Assembly: GCA_907165135.1 (NCBI GenBank)
Contig: OU015566.1
Span: forward strand, 1,922,001-1,986,000
Direction of reading: 5' to 3'
DNA from: Oikopleura dioica
Lineage: Eukaryota; Animalia; Chordata
Length of the DNA stretch: 64,000 bases
A program made the translations under genes and the position numbers. Shown here in pieces: positions 10,539 to 21,880 of this stretch. Each line of letters opens with the position of its first letter. Positions within the stretch are counted from its first letter, which is position 1. Below the pieces are notes generated by a model that was not told the DNA's origin, made no database searches, and saw only the letters and a list, made by a program, of their open reading frames with translations.

Positions 10539-10758
10539 TTTGCGAAATGATTGTTAGTAAAAATGAAAAGAACTTCAACTCAGACACTCCCCTCGGGCGC
10601 CACTTTTTTCTTAAGCGCTCAACTTTTTACTTTTGCTGGAAGTTATGGTAAATTGAAAAGATGTCTCAATTGAAAATCGCGCCTTTTTCAAAAATATTCA
10701 TGATAAATCGAAATAGGGTATAAATAGCCGAGCGAAACCCAAACGCCACCAATCATTC

Positions 10759-11168
10759 ATGATGGCCGACCTGACTGAAGAGGAGCGAAACGCTTACGAA
10801 GATCAATATACCAGGGGTTTACGGAAGATGCGCGACTTTCGAGTATACACAAAACACTTTGTGGACGAAATCGATTGTCTCGTATCAATCTGGCCCGAAA
10901 AAGTGATTTTAGAGGAGCGAAACGTACCCGAGGTAAGCGACAAAAATGTTCAATTTTGTTTATTTTTAAGCAATGCAAACGACTAGACGACATGAAAACA
11001 ATGCTCGATCAGAAAATGTGGAAAGACGCTGATAAGCGACCTGACGACATCGGCAAAAAAGTGCAAAACATACGAAAACTCATGCAAGACCTTGAAAACA
11101 CTCTCAAAATCCACTTTCCCGCTGCAGTTGATCGCTACTATCTCAACTTGATAAACACTTCTTTTTAG
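10759..11168 (+). CDS. Small helical element protein, paralog family B, copy 1; join(10759..10932,10971..11168)
   Basis: A 38 nt GTAAGC..TTTAAG intron joins NVPE/QCKRL; ends DLENTLKIHFPAAVDRYY. Confidence 0.75.
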
Positions 11169-11272
11169 TTATTTTTGTTACTTTCACAACTGATCTTTTC
11201 TAAATTCCTGCATGCTTTCGATTTTTAGTTCAATAAATAGGCAAATTAAAAAATTTCATCAAGTTTTTAAAG

Positions 11273-11685
11273 ATGCGCGAACTCACACAACACGAAATAA
11301 CCGCTTATCGCCAAAAAATAGCGCAAGACCTCCATCAAATGCAAACGTTCACCAACATATCAAGAATGTTTGTCAACACTGTACGGCTGACTTATATCTG
11401 CGCAAGTGATGAGATGATGCTACTTGAGCACTGGATTCCTGATGTAAGTAAATCTTTCTTAGATTTCTATAAAATAGGATTTAGCACTGCCGGCGACTGA
11501 CCAAAATCAAAAAACTCTTGAACGAACCCCTTTGGAAAGCGGCCCTTCTTGGGGGCAATAAATACGAAAAACCGACTCGAAAAGCGATAAAAATGGTCCA
11601 CGACCTCGAAAAAACACTCCACATCCACTACAGAGTAGCCGTTGAACGATACTATTTCACATCCATAGACACTCCTTTCGACTAG
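11273..11685 (+). CDS. Small helical element protein, paralog family B, copy 2; join(11273..11443,11485..11685)
   Basis: A 41 nt GTAAGT..TTTAG intron joins WIPD/HCRRL; ends DLEKTLHIHYRVAVERYY. AATAAA follows downstream. Confidence 0.75.
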
Positions 11686-11812
11686 CCTCTAGTAATACTG
11701 CTTCTAATCAAACCGCTACTTTCGACAATAAATACACACAATTTCTAGAAATAAATGTTTTTATTTGCAGCTCATAACAAGCGCACAGATTTGTCTTTCT
11801 TGCAGGCAAGAT

Positions 11813-12879
11813 TTATTCGTCTTGCTCGTCGGCCTCTTTTTCCCACTGGGGGCCGTCGACATTCCAGCTTCTTCCGCTTCGTGTAAGGAATGTAACTCGA
11901 CAGCGGCCGCTCAGGAGATCGCTCCAAAAGACGCCAAATCGCCGTTCGAATTCGGCTTCCAATTCGGCCGCTTTTTCCGCCAGAATTTCGCGGTCGTCCA
12001 CGTTCAAATACTGGCCAAGCAGACGTACTACCAATTGAATTGGTAACTCTTCGTTATGGTCGGCCTGATCGCGAGGAGACTGTTTGAAGGTCTCTCCTAA
12101 GAAAATTTTAACGTAAAATAAACGAAAAAAACTTACGTCGTCCTCGGACCATTGAGCCGACAATCTTCTTCGCACTCTTTTTGCCGGGCGTTTTACGGCC
12201 AGGCGTTTTCTTGGCGGGCGTCTTTCGGGACGGGGTTTTCTTTCCAGGGGTAAGAGCTTTTCGGAAAGCTTTACCTGGGTTTCGCGCAGCCTCGTCGAGA
12301 CTGTTGAAGATTTCATTCATCCCTCGGTGGAAGGCTGGACCCACACCGCCAGTCTCACCAAATCGTGCGCCACGTCTTGGCCCTTGACGAGGTTCCTCGA
12401 TATCAGTCGGCTCCTCGCTTGAAGGACCAGCCTTGCCTTGCTGCTTTCGTTGAGAAAGCCGATTGAACAAATCGCGTCGGTTTTCCTCCGCCAGAGGCTC
12501 GTCTCGTAGCACCGCGGCTTGACGACAAATTTCCCGGTGCTGCGCCTCCAGTTGCTCCTCCTGAATGCGAGATCGCTGTTCAAGAGGATTGGAACGTTTC
12601 CTCATGGACCCAAGCTCGGTATATTTGACAAACCCTCTCTGGTCTTCCGCATCGGACATGTCAAAGTCAGAAGGCTCGCTTGACGCCGAAGATGAATCTT
12701 CTTCGCCAAAAAGCTCGAGACGAGTTGCCCGAAGATGACGCTCAGCCGCCCGAAGATTGGACTCCAACCGGGAAAAACGAGTAGTTAGAGATCTAGTTCG
12801 CTAGAAAATCAAGTAAGTTACCGCCCCCGAATAAATTTAGCCCATTATTGCAGAAATAACGCCGATTATGACTTACCAT
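11813..12879 (-). CDS. 316 aa element protein with TP-basic repeats and a C-terminal histone H3-like segment; join(12877..12879,12137..12800,11813..12096)
   Basis: ATG/GTAAGT first exon, then 76 nt and 40 nt GT-AG introns that keep the frame. Contains TPGKKTPSRKTPAKKTPGRKTPGKK followed by LPIQLVVRLLGQYL...RVTF. Confidence 0.7.
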
Positions 12880-13175
12880 TTTGACGAAAAACGCACTTTT
12901 GACGTTTCCTTGACTGCTTGAAAAGACAAACTGACCATTTTGGCCAATTTTTCAAAACATAAGGAGCTGTTCTAGAGACGCGGTTTTCGCCGAAAAACAA
13001 CGGTATCTCTAGAAAATCACGTTCGAGAGATTTTCCGCCTAAACCACCCTTGCCGTAAATGTCAACAACATTCAACGCTTCTTTTTACTTCCTTCCGCCC
13101 AGGTGTAAAGCGCTTTAAATTCAGCGGTGAATTTACTTTGACGTCCTTTACTTCGATAAAAGTACAAGCAATAAA

Positions 13176-13711
13176 ATGACTGACGGTTTTAAAATGAATA
13201 TCCCCGCACAATCTAGCGAAGACTCGTGCTCAGCGGACGAGTGCGATCAACAACGAACGCCATTTATCCCTCAAATCCAAATGAGCCACGACGAATATAT
13301 TCAGAAATGCGAAGAACTTATCGGTGACGGGCAAAAAAGTTCGAGCCCTTCTTAGGATATCGCCTGTGGAAAGTTGTTGGTGGTGAAAACTTTTATATTC
13401 CAGCGCCAACTCTTGCCGAAATTATCAAACGAAAGAATCTCAAAGTCCCGAAAAAGTTGCGAGACAGAATTCGATCTGGCGTATCTTTTGATAACTTTAC
13501 GATCATGATCAACAAGCGAGATTATAATTATTTTGGATCATATCCTAATAATGACCCCAACCTAATGCTACTTCGACGAGAGTTACGAACAACTACCAAA
13601 ATGCGCGACCAAGAAGAGAACAAGGCAGCTCGGAGACTTCAAGGAGTTTTTGGAGACGAATCCTCTGAAAGCGAGAATGAAGACGAAAAGAAGCCTGAAG
13701 ACGGAAAGTAA
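13176..13711 (+). CDS. Hypothetical element protein; join(13176..13323,13356..13711)
   Basis: A 32 nt GT..CTTAG intron joins two otherwise separate frames into one ORF ending in an acidic tail, followed by AATAAA. Confidence 0.55.
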
Positions 13712-14143
13712 TTTCTTTTTATCAACATTCTGTTAGACAAACAAATCAAAAAATAAAAAGAATACTTTATATCATTGTTGATTTCAATATTTTTTTGACA
13801 AGGCAAAAGTATCAAATTCTACAGTAAATTGAGCTTGAAATCTAAATATATTCAGTTTTATTTGATGAATGCATGTTATTTCTGAGAAGCGCTTTGATTA
13901 AAATAAATTTATATGAATCCTTGATCAAAAGTAATTAATCAAAATAATAACACTAATTGAGATTATTATCGAGATTAATAACATCCAGATGGTCATAAAT
14001 GAAACCAAGTCCAGGTGAGAAAAATCTGCTTGCATAAACAGCTGGAAAGTCTACATATAAGCGGTCGAAAATTCCAGAGTTATCAAAATCAAAAAAAACT
14101 AAATTTTCAGAAAAAGAAGAACGAAGAAAGAAGAAAGAAGAAG

Positions 14144-14365
14144 ATGATGGACATTTTCAAGTATGGAATTGCCTCTTTTGCTCTCTTGGCTCTTTTCACT
14201 GCATTTGTAATTACTGCATTCTGGATCACCCTTGCCTATCACATCTTCTGGATCATCATCTTTGCGACACTTCTGCGAACTCTAGTTGTACACTGCAAAA
14301 AAGCATCCACTGTCACTGTAAATAACTCAGCTGAACTGCAAATAGTAACTGTACATAACATATAA
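14144..14365 (+). CDS. Small membrane protein (about 73 aa)
   Basis: MMDIFKYGIASFALLALFTAFVITAFWITLAYHIFWIIIFATLL; AATAAA about 20 nt after the stop. Confidence 0.5.
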   Translation: MMDIFKYGIASFALLALFTAFVITAFWITLAYHIFWIIIFATLLRTLVVHCKKASTVTVNNSAELQIVTVHNI

Positions 14366-14481
14366 TCACCCATTCATTCCTGCAAATAAATATAATTTGC
14401 AAAATTCGAAATTAAAGAGTTTATTTTAAAAAAGTTTTTCAAGAAAACGCGATTGTGCAGTATATGATTGATCATAAAGTT

Positions 14482-15320
14482 TCATTTTGTATTTTTATTA
14501 AGAACGTAATTAATTTTCTAACAAAAGACGAAAAGCGAAATACTTTTTGCTATCATTTTATAATTCGAATGTACATAAGAATAAATGAGACAGACAGTTT
14601 TGATTCATTTTATTTTAAGATCTCTGCGATTACTGCACAGGTTTCGTTCCTTGAGACTCATTTTATTTCGATAACATTACTCTATTCATAATTTAATTGC
14701 ATAAAGTTTCATTTTCAAGAAGTCATATACCACGCAAATTGCATTGATAGAGATTCATTTTATTTTAATTAATATATAGAATGTTTTTACTTATCGTAGA
14801 CTACATTAGATTTATCAGAAATTTTTTAGTTTCATTTAAAGAAAGAAAGTCTATTTGATTATTTAAAAGCCATCAGAAAATTAGCATCATTTTAAGAAAA
14901 TAGTTCGACATTATCTAGGCACAAACAAAAATTTAGAATTCATTTTAATATACGAAATAAATCCAGTATTTCATTAACAGAAGCGGAAATCTTTACGTTT
15001 CATTTTATTTTTATGGTCAAGTTTTATCCGAAAACTAAGAAAAATAAAGAAAGCATTTTATGATAATTTTAACGTTATTGGAGAACCTTCCAAAGGATTT
15101 CAATGCGCTTTAGATTTAACATTTTATATGACAAGTAAGCTTTCCGGTAAATCTTCTGATCTTCGTTCGGCTTCAGTATTCATTTTATTTTTTTCTAAAA
15201 ACCCCATTTAATGATCGTTGTAATCATGGAAGACTTACTTTTTTTGTATTTTATTTTCTCTCAATTGAGCGCCGTTGTAGTGGCATCGCTCTTAAATTTC
15301 AGGAAGTTGCAGCTCATTTT
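14482..15320. repeat. AT-rich degenerate array of TCATTTT(AT) motifs
   Basis: Exact TCATTTT at 14482, 14553, 14605, 14658, 14709, 14755, 14887, 14940, 15000, 15180 and 15314. Confidence 0.7.
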
Positions 15321-16190
15321 AAAAAATCATATTTTTAATAGACAATAAAACTCTTTCGCGATTTCATTATTGCAGCTCAGGATGCATTTTTAAAATTATG
15401 AAGTAGGCTCTTAGCTTCGTGGTTAAATATGGAAAAAATCAGGCTATGAAATCGGTTCCTGCTGAGAATTCTAAAGTAAAAATGAAAAATACGGGCCATC
15501 GTATTTGAAGGGGAAGCTAACGCCATCGATTCATCGACTTTTACTTCCAAGAGCGCGAGAAAAAGAGCGCTGGATATTGAACCGATTTTAAGTTTTATTA
15601 AGGGGTTGATGCTTGCGTCAATAAAGCGACTTGATTTTTTACAGTTCCATTTATTCAAATAGAAGGGGGTTTATTTATTGATAGGTTCATTCAGACTGAA
15701 AAAGGGATTACGGTTTTCGGAGGCAGTGAGAATAGACTAAGCTGAGCGATCGTGCGCGAGGGTCGTGATAATCAGTGGCAGTGAGAGTGATCGGGGCGCT
15801 GGAGCAGCTGGGCGGCGGAGGCGGCGGCTGAGCTGGTGGAGAGAGCCTGAATGGATCAATGAATAGAAAGTTCGAGAATGAGTAGAACGTGCCGAAGCTT
15901 CTAGAGCCCGATGAGTAAGCGAGAAGGCGGATCGATGCGGGACAATGGCGGGGCTAATCCATGGGCGTGGATCCGCGCGGCAATTGGCGCGTTGGTATTG
16001 GAGCGCTGGGTCGAGCGGGCGAAGAGAATTGGTGCAGAGGGGCCCGAGTTAGCGAAATTACTTTGTTGAAGGGTTTAGTTCTAAGGGTTAGAGTTAAGTT
16101 TAGAGTAATGTAAAAAGATAGGCGGGTTCAGTAGCGTTAGAATAGTGGGGTAGTGCGTTTAAAATAATTTTTATTTTTAAATAGGCGAAA

Positions 16191-16476
16191 ATAGTAGTGA
16201 CTGACCATTTGAACAAGTAAAAAATCGCTGTGTGGAGTGGAGAAAAAAATCACGCCGCCCTATAGTGTGTGTTGGTGCCATGCATGTAATGCAAGTGGTG
16301 CAGCACCTTGGTGGTGGCGTAAAATGCTTTCATTTGGAGTCTGATGAGTGTCAAGAAGGCCCTGAGGGGCCTTCCCCCCGCACTGAGCCGTGAGCCTTCC
16401 GGTTCAGTGCTACATCGCTCGCACCCAATCAACACACAGAAAAATTATCAAATGGTCAGTCACTACTATAACTACT
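16191..16476. repeat. Element terminus with a 22 bp internal inverted copy of the end sequence
   Basis: ATAGTAGTGACTGACCATTTGA (16191-16212) is the exact reverse complement of 16448-16469. Confidence 0.85.
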
Positions 16477-16644
16477 AACATGTGCTTGAAGGTTCTAGAA
16501 ACTCTCATCCTCCATCCGTCAGGAAATAAGCGGATTTTCCTGACGAATGGAGGATACAAGAATTTTCCTGACGAAAGGAGGGTCACCCAGGAATCCTAGT
16601 TATTTCTATAAAAAATTTTTATCAAACGATTTTAGGGAGAAGTC

Positions 16645-17858
16645 GTGGATGAAGAATATGTCGAAGAAAGAGAATGTCCATCAGACAACGAAGGGTCTAC
16701 CCTATCATCCAGCTGTTCGCACATTTCCGAGCGTCTCTGCGACGGGTATCCGTATCACGACTACCTCTACGAATACAAAACGGAGCCAGATTCTGACGTG
16801 GTCGATCAAAGGCCGCATCCAAAAGCATCCGACGTTCTTGGAATCAAGATCGAACCTGGCTTGAGCTATTCCGAAAAAGAGAAAATGTACCACAAGCTGA
16901 TTCGAATCCGCGGTATGGGGCCCGTCTACCCGCCGAATTTGACGAAATTGCAGCGGCATACGCGCACGGTCGAGCATCAATTGCTGGTTGATGATTTGCT
17001 CGAAGAGTTGCAGTTCAAAGCGCCCTTTCGGGAAACAGACGCGAATAGACGAAAATGTAGGGAATACAAGGCTATCGTAGAAAAGGTGAGTTATTATGAG
17101 ATATCTTGCATAAAATTGTTCAAAAGTCATGATCATCAACCGTTTTATCTTCGTTTTTCCTAAGAAATAACCTTTGACTTTAGATTTATCAAAAGGAACG
17201 CGCTTCTGCAGCTCCTATTCCCGACTTGAGCCTCAAATCCGATTCCGATGATGAAGACAGCCAAACTCCCTCCTCTTCTCAATCCATTCCTTCATCCTCC
17301 ACTGCCGCCAATTCCAAATCTCGGCCCAAGAATCTCCTTCCGCCTCGTTCCTCCACGATTGTCGTTCCCGGTCCGCCAGTCCCAGTCATGCTTCCGAACG
17401 GTTTCGCCCCGCGATTTGAAGAAACGCGACTTCAATACGCACCCGAGATGGCTCCAAAGACAGTGACGCGGACAATCTACGAATGCACAATCTGCACTCG
17501 CCAATTCAACTCATTGACGCAGCTCAACTTGCACCTTCGAAAGCACCCGAAGAAATGCAACAAATGCGGACTCAAATTCAAGCGCTTTGACGAGGTTCAG
17601 AAACACGCGCCTTACTGTATGCGGGCTAATGGATTGTAAGTCATGAATTGTGGGTTTTTGATCATAAAACTTCTTCTTAGAATTGTTATTCCTCGACGAA
17701 AATTGAAAGAAAAGCCCAAACCGCCTCCTCGACCGATCAGATGGAGAGTCTGCATCCTTTGCGAGGAAAAGTTCTTGACGGACAAGCGACTCTACTGGCA
17801 CCAAGTAAAGCGATGCGAGAAACGATACGTCTCCGACTCCTGGGTCGTCAAGATCTAA
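16645..17858 (+). CDS. Host C2H2 zinc-finger protein; join(16645..17085,17184..17635,17681..17858)
   Basis: YECTICTRQFNSLTQLNLHLRKH, CNKCGLKF...H and CILCEEKF...H; GT-AG introns keep the frame. Confidence 0.8.
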
Positions 17859-17994
17859 CTGTAAAAACAACTGTAGCAGATTTGAAAATTTTCACTCACG
17901 CAACTTTTATCCTCATTTTACTTCACTCATTGGCTTAAAATAAAATGAAGCTATGCAAGCAATTTGCCAAGCTTTTGAAATTTGAAATTTTGAT

Positions 17995-19780
17995 TTATTT
18001 CGAATTTTTAGTATCTTTCGTCCAATTTCTCATTTGCAGGTCGTAATAATCTCCAGCTAGTCTAGTGATCACCTTCGCTGTCATATTCGTCATTTCTGAC
18101 TTTGAGATTGTCTCTTTGATCGTAACCAGAAAGCTCGAAATAAACTAGATTTTGTTATTAACAAAATTCCATTGGAATTTGAATAATTGAGAAAAAACTT
18201 ACATCTGCAGCGGGGTGGATATAGTAGTTAATATCTGATCCGTCTAAAGAATCGGCCTGAAAGCGACCAAATTTTCCTAGCTCCTTCAAAATCTGAAAAA
18301 CCCTGTTTCCATTATCATTTTTGACGTCTTTACCTGGACGATTTCAGCTTTATCTAATATACCATTTCCATTCTTGTCAAATAATTTGATCATCGTCGAT
18401 CCAGTTGTCGCGATGAAATTGGCAAAAATCTTCTCAAACTCTTGAAAATCGAGCTCGCCATTCCAGTCAGCATCGAATTTATCGAACGAAAATTGAAGAA
18501 AATCAGTCATCAAGCTCGTTTCTGAGAATTTTTAGAGGAAGAGTGAGTGTGGGTTAGGCTACTTTGGCTGATTTTGAGATCTTCCATGAGTTTTTCGCCG
18601 CATCTGGACAGTTGATCTTTTGGGATCGTTTCATTTTCGCCTCGACAAAGGTCGAAAGACTTTCTTGCCGCGGGCGTGTATCTTCCACCCCACTGGAAAA
18701 TTGTGGTTTTAGGCAATTTCGGGAAAAGTACTTACTTTTGCTAACAGAGCATCAGTAATCTGAACAGATTCTTCAGCAGATTCCCAAATTATATCGTCAA
18801 CTTTGATTATCGAACTGGGAATACCAGCGAAGAGATTTTTGTCTAAAGCGGGTTGTCAGGGGAAAAGCAATTTGGGCGAATTTGGAATTAGAGCACCTTC
18901 TGATTTCAATGTGAAAAATAGTTATGAAAAAAAAAGAGAGAATCAAGCGAGTTATATTCTAAACCCGAAATCTGCCCCACCTTCGATGGTAAAATCGACC
19001 AAGCTGGATATCGCGATTTTCGCTTTTTCTATTTTGATCTTCGTGTTCTCATCTATGTCTCCACCCATTTCGAGCACCAGCTGGTCGAAGTTCGTGTTCA
19101 GTTTGTCTAAGCTTTCTTGGACGGAGGAGGTGTCGCCAATTAGGTTGTTGAATGTGGCGATTATGCTTTTTACTAAATTGGGATCAGAATACAATTCTGA
19201 TTTTTCGAAAATTATTTTTTTTGGAAATCTATTTTTTGAAATTTTCTTTCAAAAAATTCTTGCCAAACTTACATCCAGTAGCATAAACATCTTCAACAAA
19301 AGTCTGTCCACACTGAGCGACATTTTTAAACGAGTTCATGTTTCTACACGGCTCCGGCATTATAAAATTCGTTTTCGAAATTCCAGCTTTGATCTCTTTG
19401 TATCCGCTGATGCTCGATTTGAACATGGTATCCATGTCGCCGACGATTTTCTCGATCGTTTCTGTCGGAATTTCTTTGGAAAAAGAGGAATAAAGAAGAA
19501 AATTGAGAATCTTCATTTTAAGCGGTTTTGAAAGCGAGTTCTTCTGCGAGCTAGAAAATGTCTAGTCTGGTCTGAAATTGTTTGCATTTTCAAAGTTTAC
19601 TTTGCTTGCGCGGGGTTATGACCTCGTCTACCGAGTTCACTTTTGTAAAATCATTTGACTCAAATGCAAATATGGTCTTGCAGACTATGTATTTGTACTT
19701 CCAAAGATTTTTGATAATAATTCTCTTTAATGATAGGTAGAATCAGAAGAATCAGAATGAACAATGAGCAAAGTTTGACC
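17995..19780 (-). CDS. Multi-exon EF-hand calcium-binding protein, copy 1 (5' end approximate)
   Basis: EF loops DADWNGELDFQE and DKNGNGILDKAE. Confidence 0.65.
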
Positions 19781-20371
19781 ACGCAAATGCTCCGTCTTGC
19801 TCCGCCTAAGCTAATTTGGGCACGCCGTGCTCAGTCATGCTCATGCTCAGCCAAAAATGTGATTTTTCAAACCCTAAATACAGCTGCGAGCATATGCGTT
19901 GGATGAAGGTTGACAAAGTCTGCAAAAATTTTCCATAAAGCTAAACTTCGAACAATATTTTCTTGATTTTCCTGAAGCTTATATTGTTATCGAGGTAGTT
20001 AGAAGAGGTTGAATTCCACTCAAGTTTTGACCCAGATGCAATGGTTGATACAAAATTGAAAATCGAGATAAAGTCATTTTCAAAGAATTTTTATTTTTGG
20101 TCCTCATTCTTCTATTAAAACTGTCGATGTAAAGAAATAATTATAGCAGTAAATGATTCATTCTTTCGTCATAAATTTTTAATTCCTTTTTTTCTTGATT
20201 CAAAGTTACTCAAGACGAAAGGGAAAGCAATCGTCCAATCACCGCGCCGTTATTCGTCGATTTTCCCTTTCGAAGCGTGCTTTGAAATGGGGCGGAGTGA
20301 ATTTTATTCCGAAAGAGGAAAAGAGTTTTTCTTAAAAAGGAAGAATCGGATCGGCAAAGAAACGAAAGAAA

Positions 20372-21829
20372 ATGGAAGTCGACGAGCAAGGAAAGAAATT
20401 CGAAATCGTCAAAATCGAAACTGAAGCTCAAACCTCAGATCCGTCCGAGCAAAGAATCAAAATCGTCTTCAAAGCAAATGAGAAAGAAATTTTTCTGCGA
20501 AATTTGAAACATCAAGTCAAGGACAGCCAAATTATCGTCATTGGAAATTCGGGATGTGAAGCGACTGTAGAACCGGATAGAAATCAGTCCAGCAGATCTA
20601 TTATTCGAATAAAGGTTAGTTTTAACCGCTAGATGTTGGTTATGACTTCTTTTTAGTTCAAAAATATTCCCTCCGAAGAAATCACGATCGAATTCTATTG
20701 CCTCTGTGCGAATTTCAACAACGTCAAAAACCTCTTCGACTCCATCGAAGACCATGATTCAACGAAGATCGATTTCAAATGTAAGTCACCCCTTTCCTTT
20801 CCCTTCCCAATCCGTTCTTCAGCTAAAGATATGTACCTGAAAGCGTGGCCAACTCATCGTCCAGATTTGTACATACGAAAGAAACCGAAACCGAATCAAG
20901 TGGAGATATCGATCAAAGTGATGAGGAAGATTTCAACTGGGCAAGGCATGCGGCATCAGGAAGGGCAGAGCCCAGTTACTGTCATGTAAGAGCGCTTCTC
21001 TATCATGATTCTTATTTTCGAGCGACTCATTTTCGTTGGAATTTGAATGACTACTGCTGTTTACACATCCCAGCGAAAGTAATTCGCTCATCGATGAGAA
21101 TCGTTGTGTTGCTTTATTAGATGATTTTAGTTGTTTATCGTTCAAATGATCTTATTCCGAATTTCTAGCGCCGACAAAGACTTCACCCTTCACCACATTC
21201 TCGAATACGTCCGACACAAGAACGAGAACTCAACTCCGCGCGACAAGTTTATCTGGGGAACACCCAAAAATCGCGGGCAGCAGTACGAAACAAGCATAAA
21301 ACTGGGCGATCTCGTTGTCAAAACTGGCGGTACTCCTTTTGTAATGATGCCACCGCAGCAAACTCTTCAATCGCGGTCTCCAATGACTGGCAATCCAGCT
21401 GGAAATATGCAAGGTCATTTCCAACAGCAGCATTCTCACCAGCATCAGCATCATCAACACCAGCATCATCAGCATCAGATTTATCAACAGCCCCAGCAGC
21501 AGCAAATGGTAGTTCCCAGTCATCTTTCCGTCCATCCTTCTGATAATCTTCAAAATCCAGCGAATAATCTCCCCTTCAACCCAACTGGCTACGCTCTTGT
21601 GTCCGATCACGCGACTCCCAGACAGGAACTGTTTGAAATTTTACATATACGTCTCCGACTCCTGGGTCGTCAAGATCTAACTGTAAAAACAACTGTAGCA
21701 GATTTTACATATACGTCTCCGACTCCTGGGTCGTCAAGATCTAACTGTAAAAACAACTGTAGCAGATTTGAAAATTTTCACTCACGCAACTTTTATCCTC
21801 ATTTTACTTCACTCATTGGCTTAAAATAA
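20372..21829 (+). pseudogene. 3'-truncated chimeric copy of the 24257-26223 gene
   Basis: Identical to copy 2 up to ELFEIL, then reads through the duplication junction. Confidence 0.65.
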
Positions 21830-21880
21830 AATGAAGCTATGCAAGCAATTTGCCAAGCTTTTGAAATTTGAAATTTTGAT

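Larger units (their letters stand above)
1..16476. mobile_element. Polinton/Maverick (adintovirus-like) endogenous dsDNA virus/transposon, one end only; continues beyond the window start
   Basis: pPolB, RVE integrase, A32-like ATPase and PY-type major capsid co-occur. The region ends in ...CACTACTATAACTACT at 16476 (5'-AGTAGT on the minus strand, the typical Polinton terminus). Host-type genes follow immediately. Confidence 0.92.

Noticed and set aside
15377-15658. 93 aa minus-strand ORF near the element end
   Set aside because: No recognisable features; cannot be distinguished from chance.
18803-19531. 242 aa plus-strand ORF (and its copy at 22688-23416)
   Set aside because: Antisense shadow of the EF-hand gene exons and introns, with no protein-like motifs.
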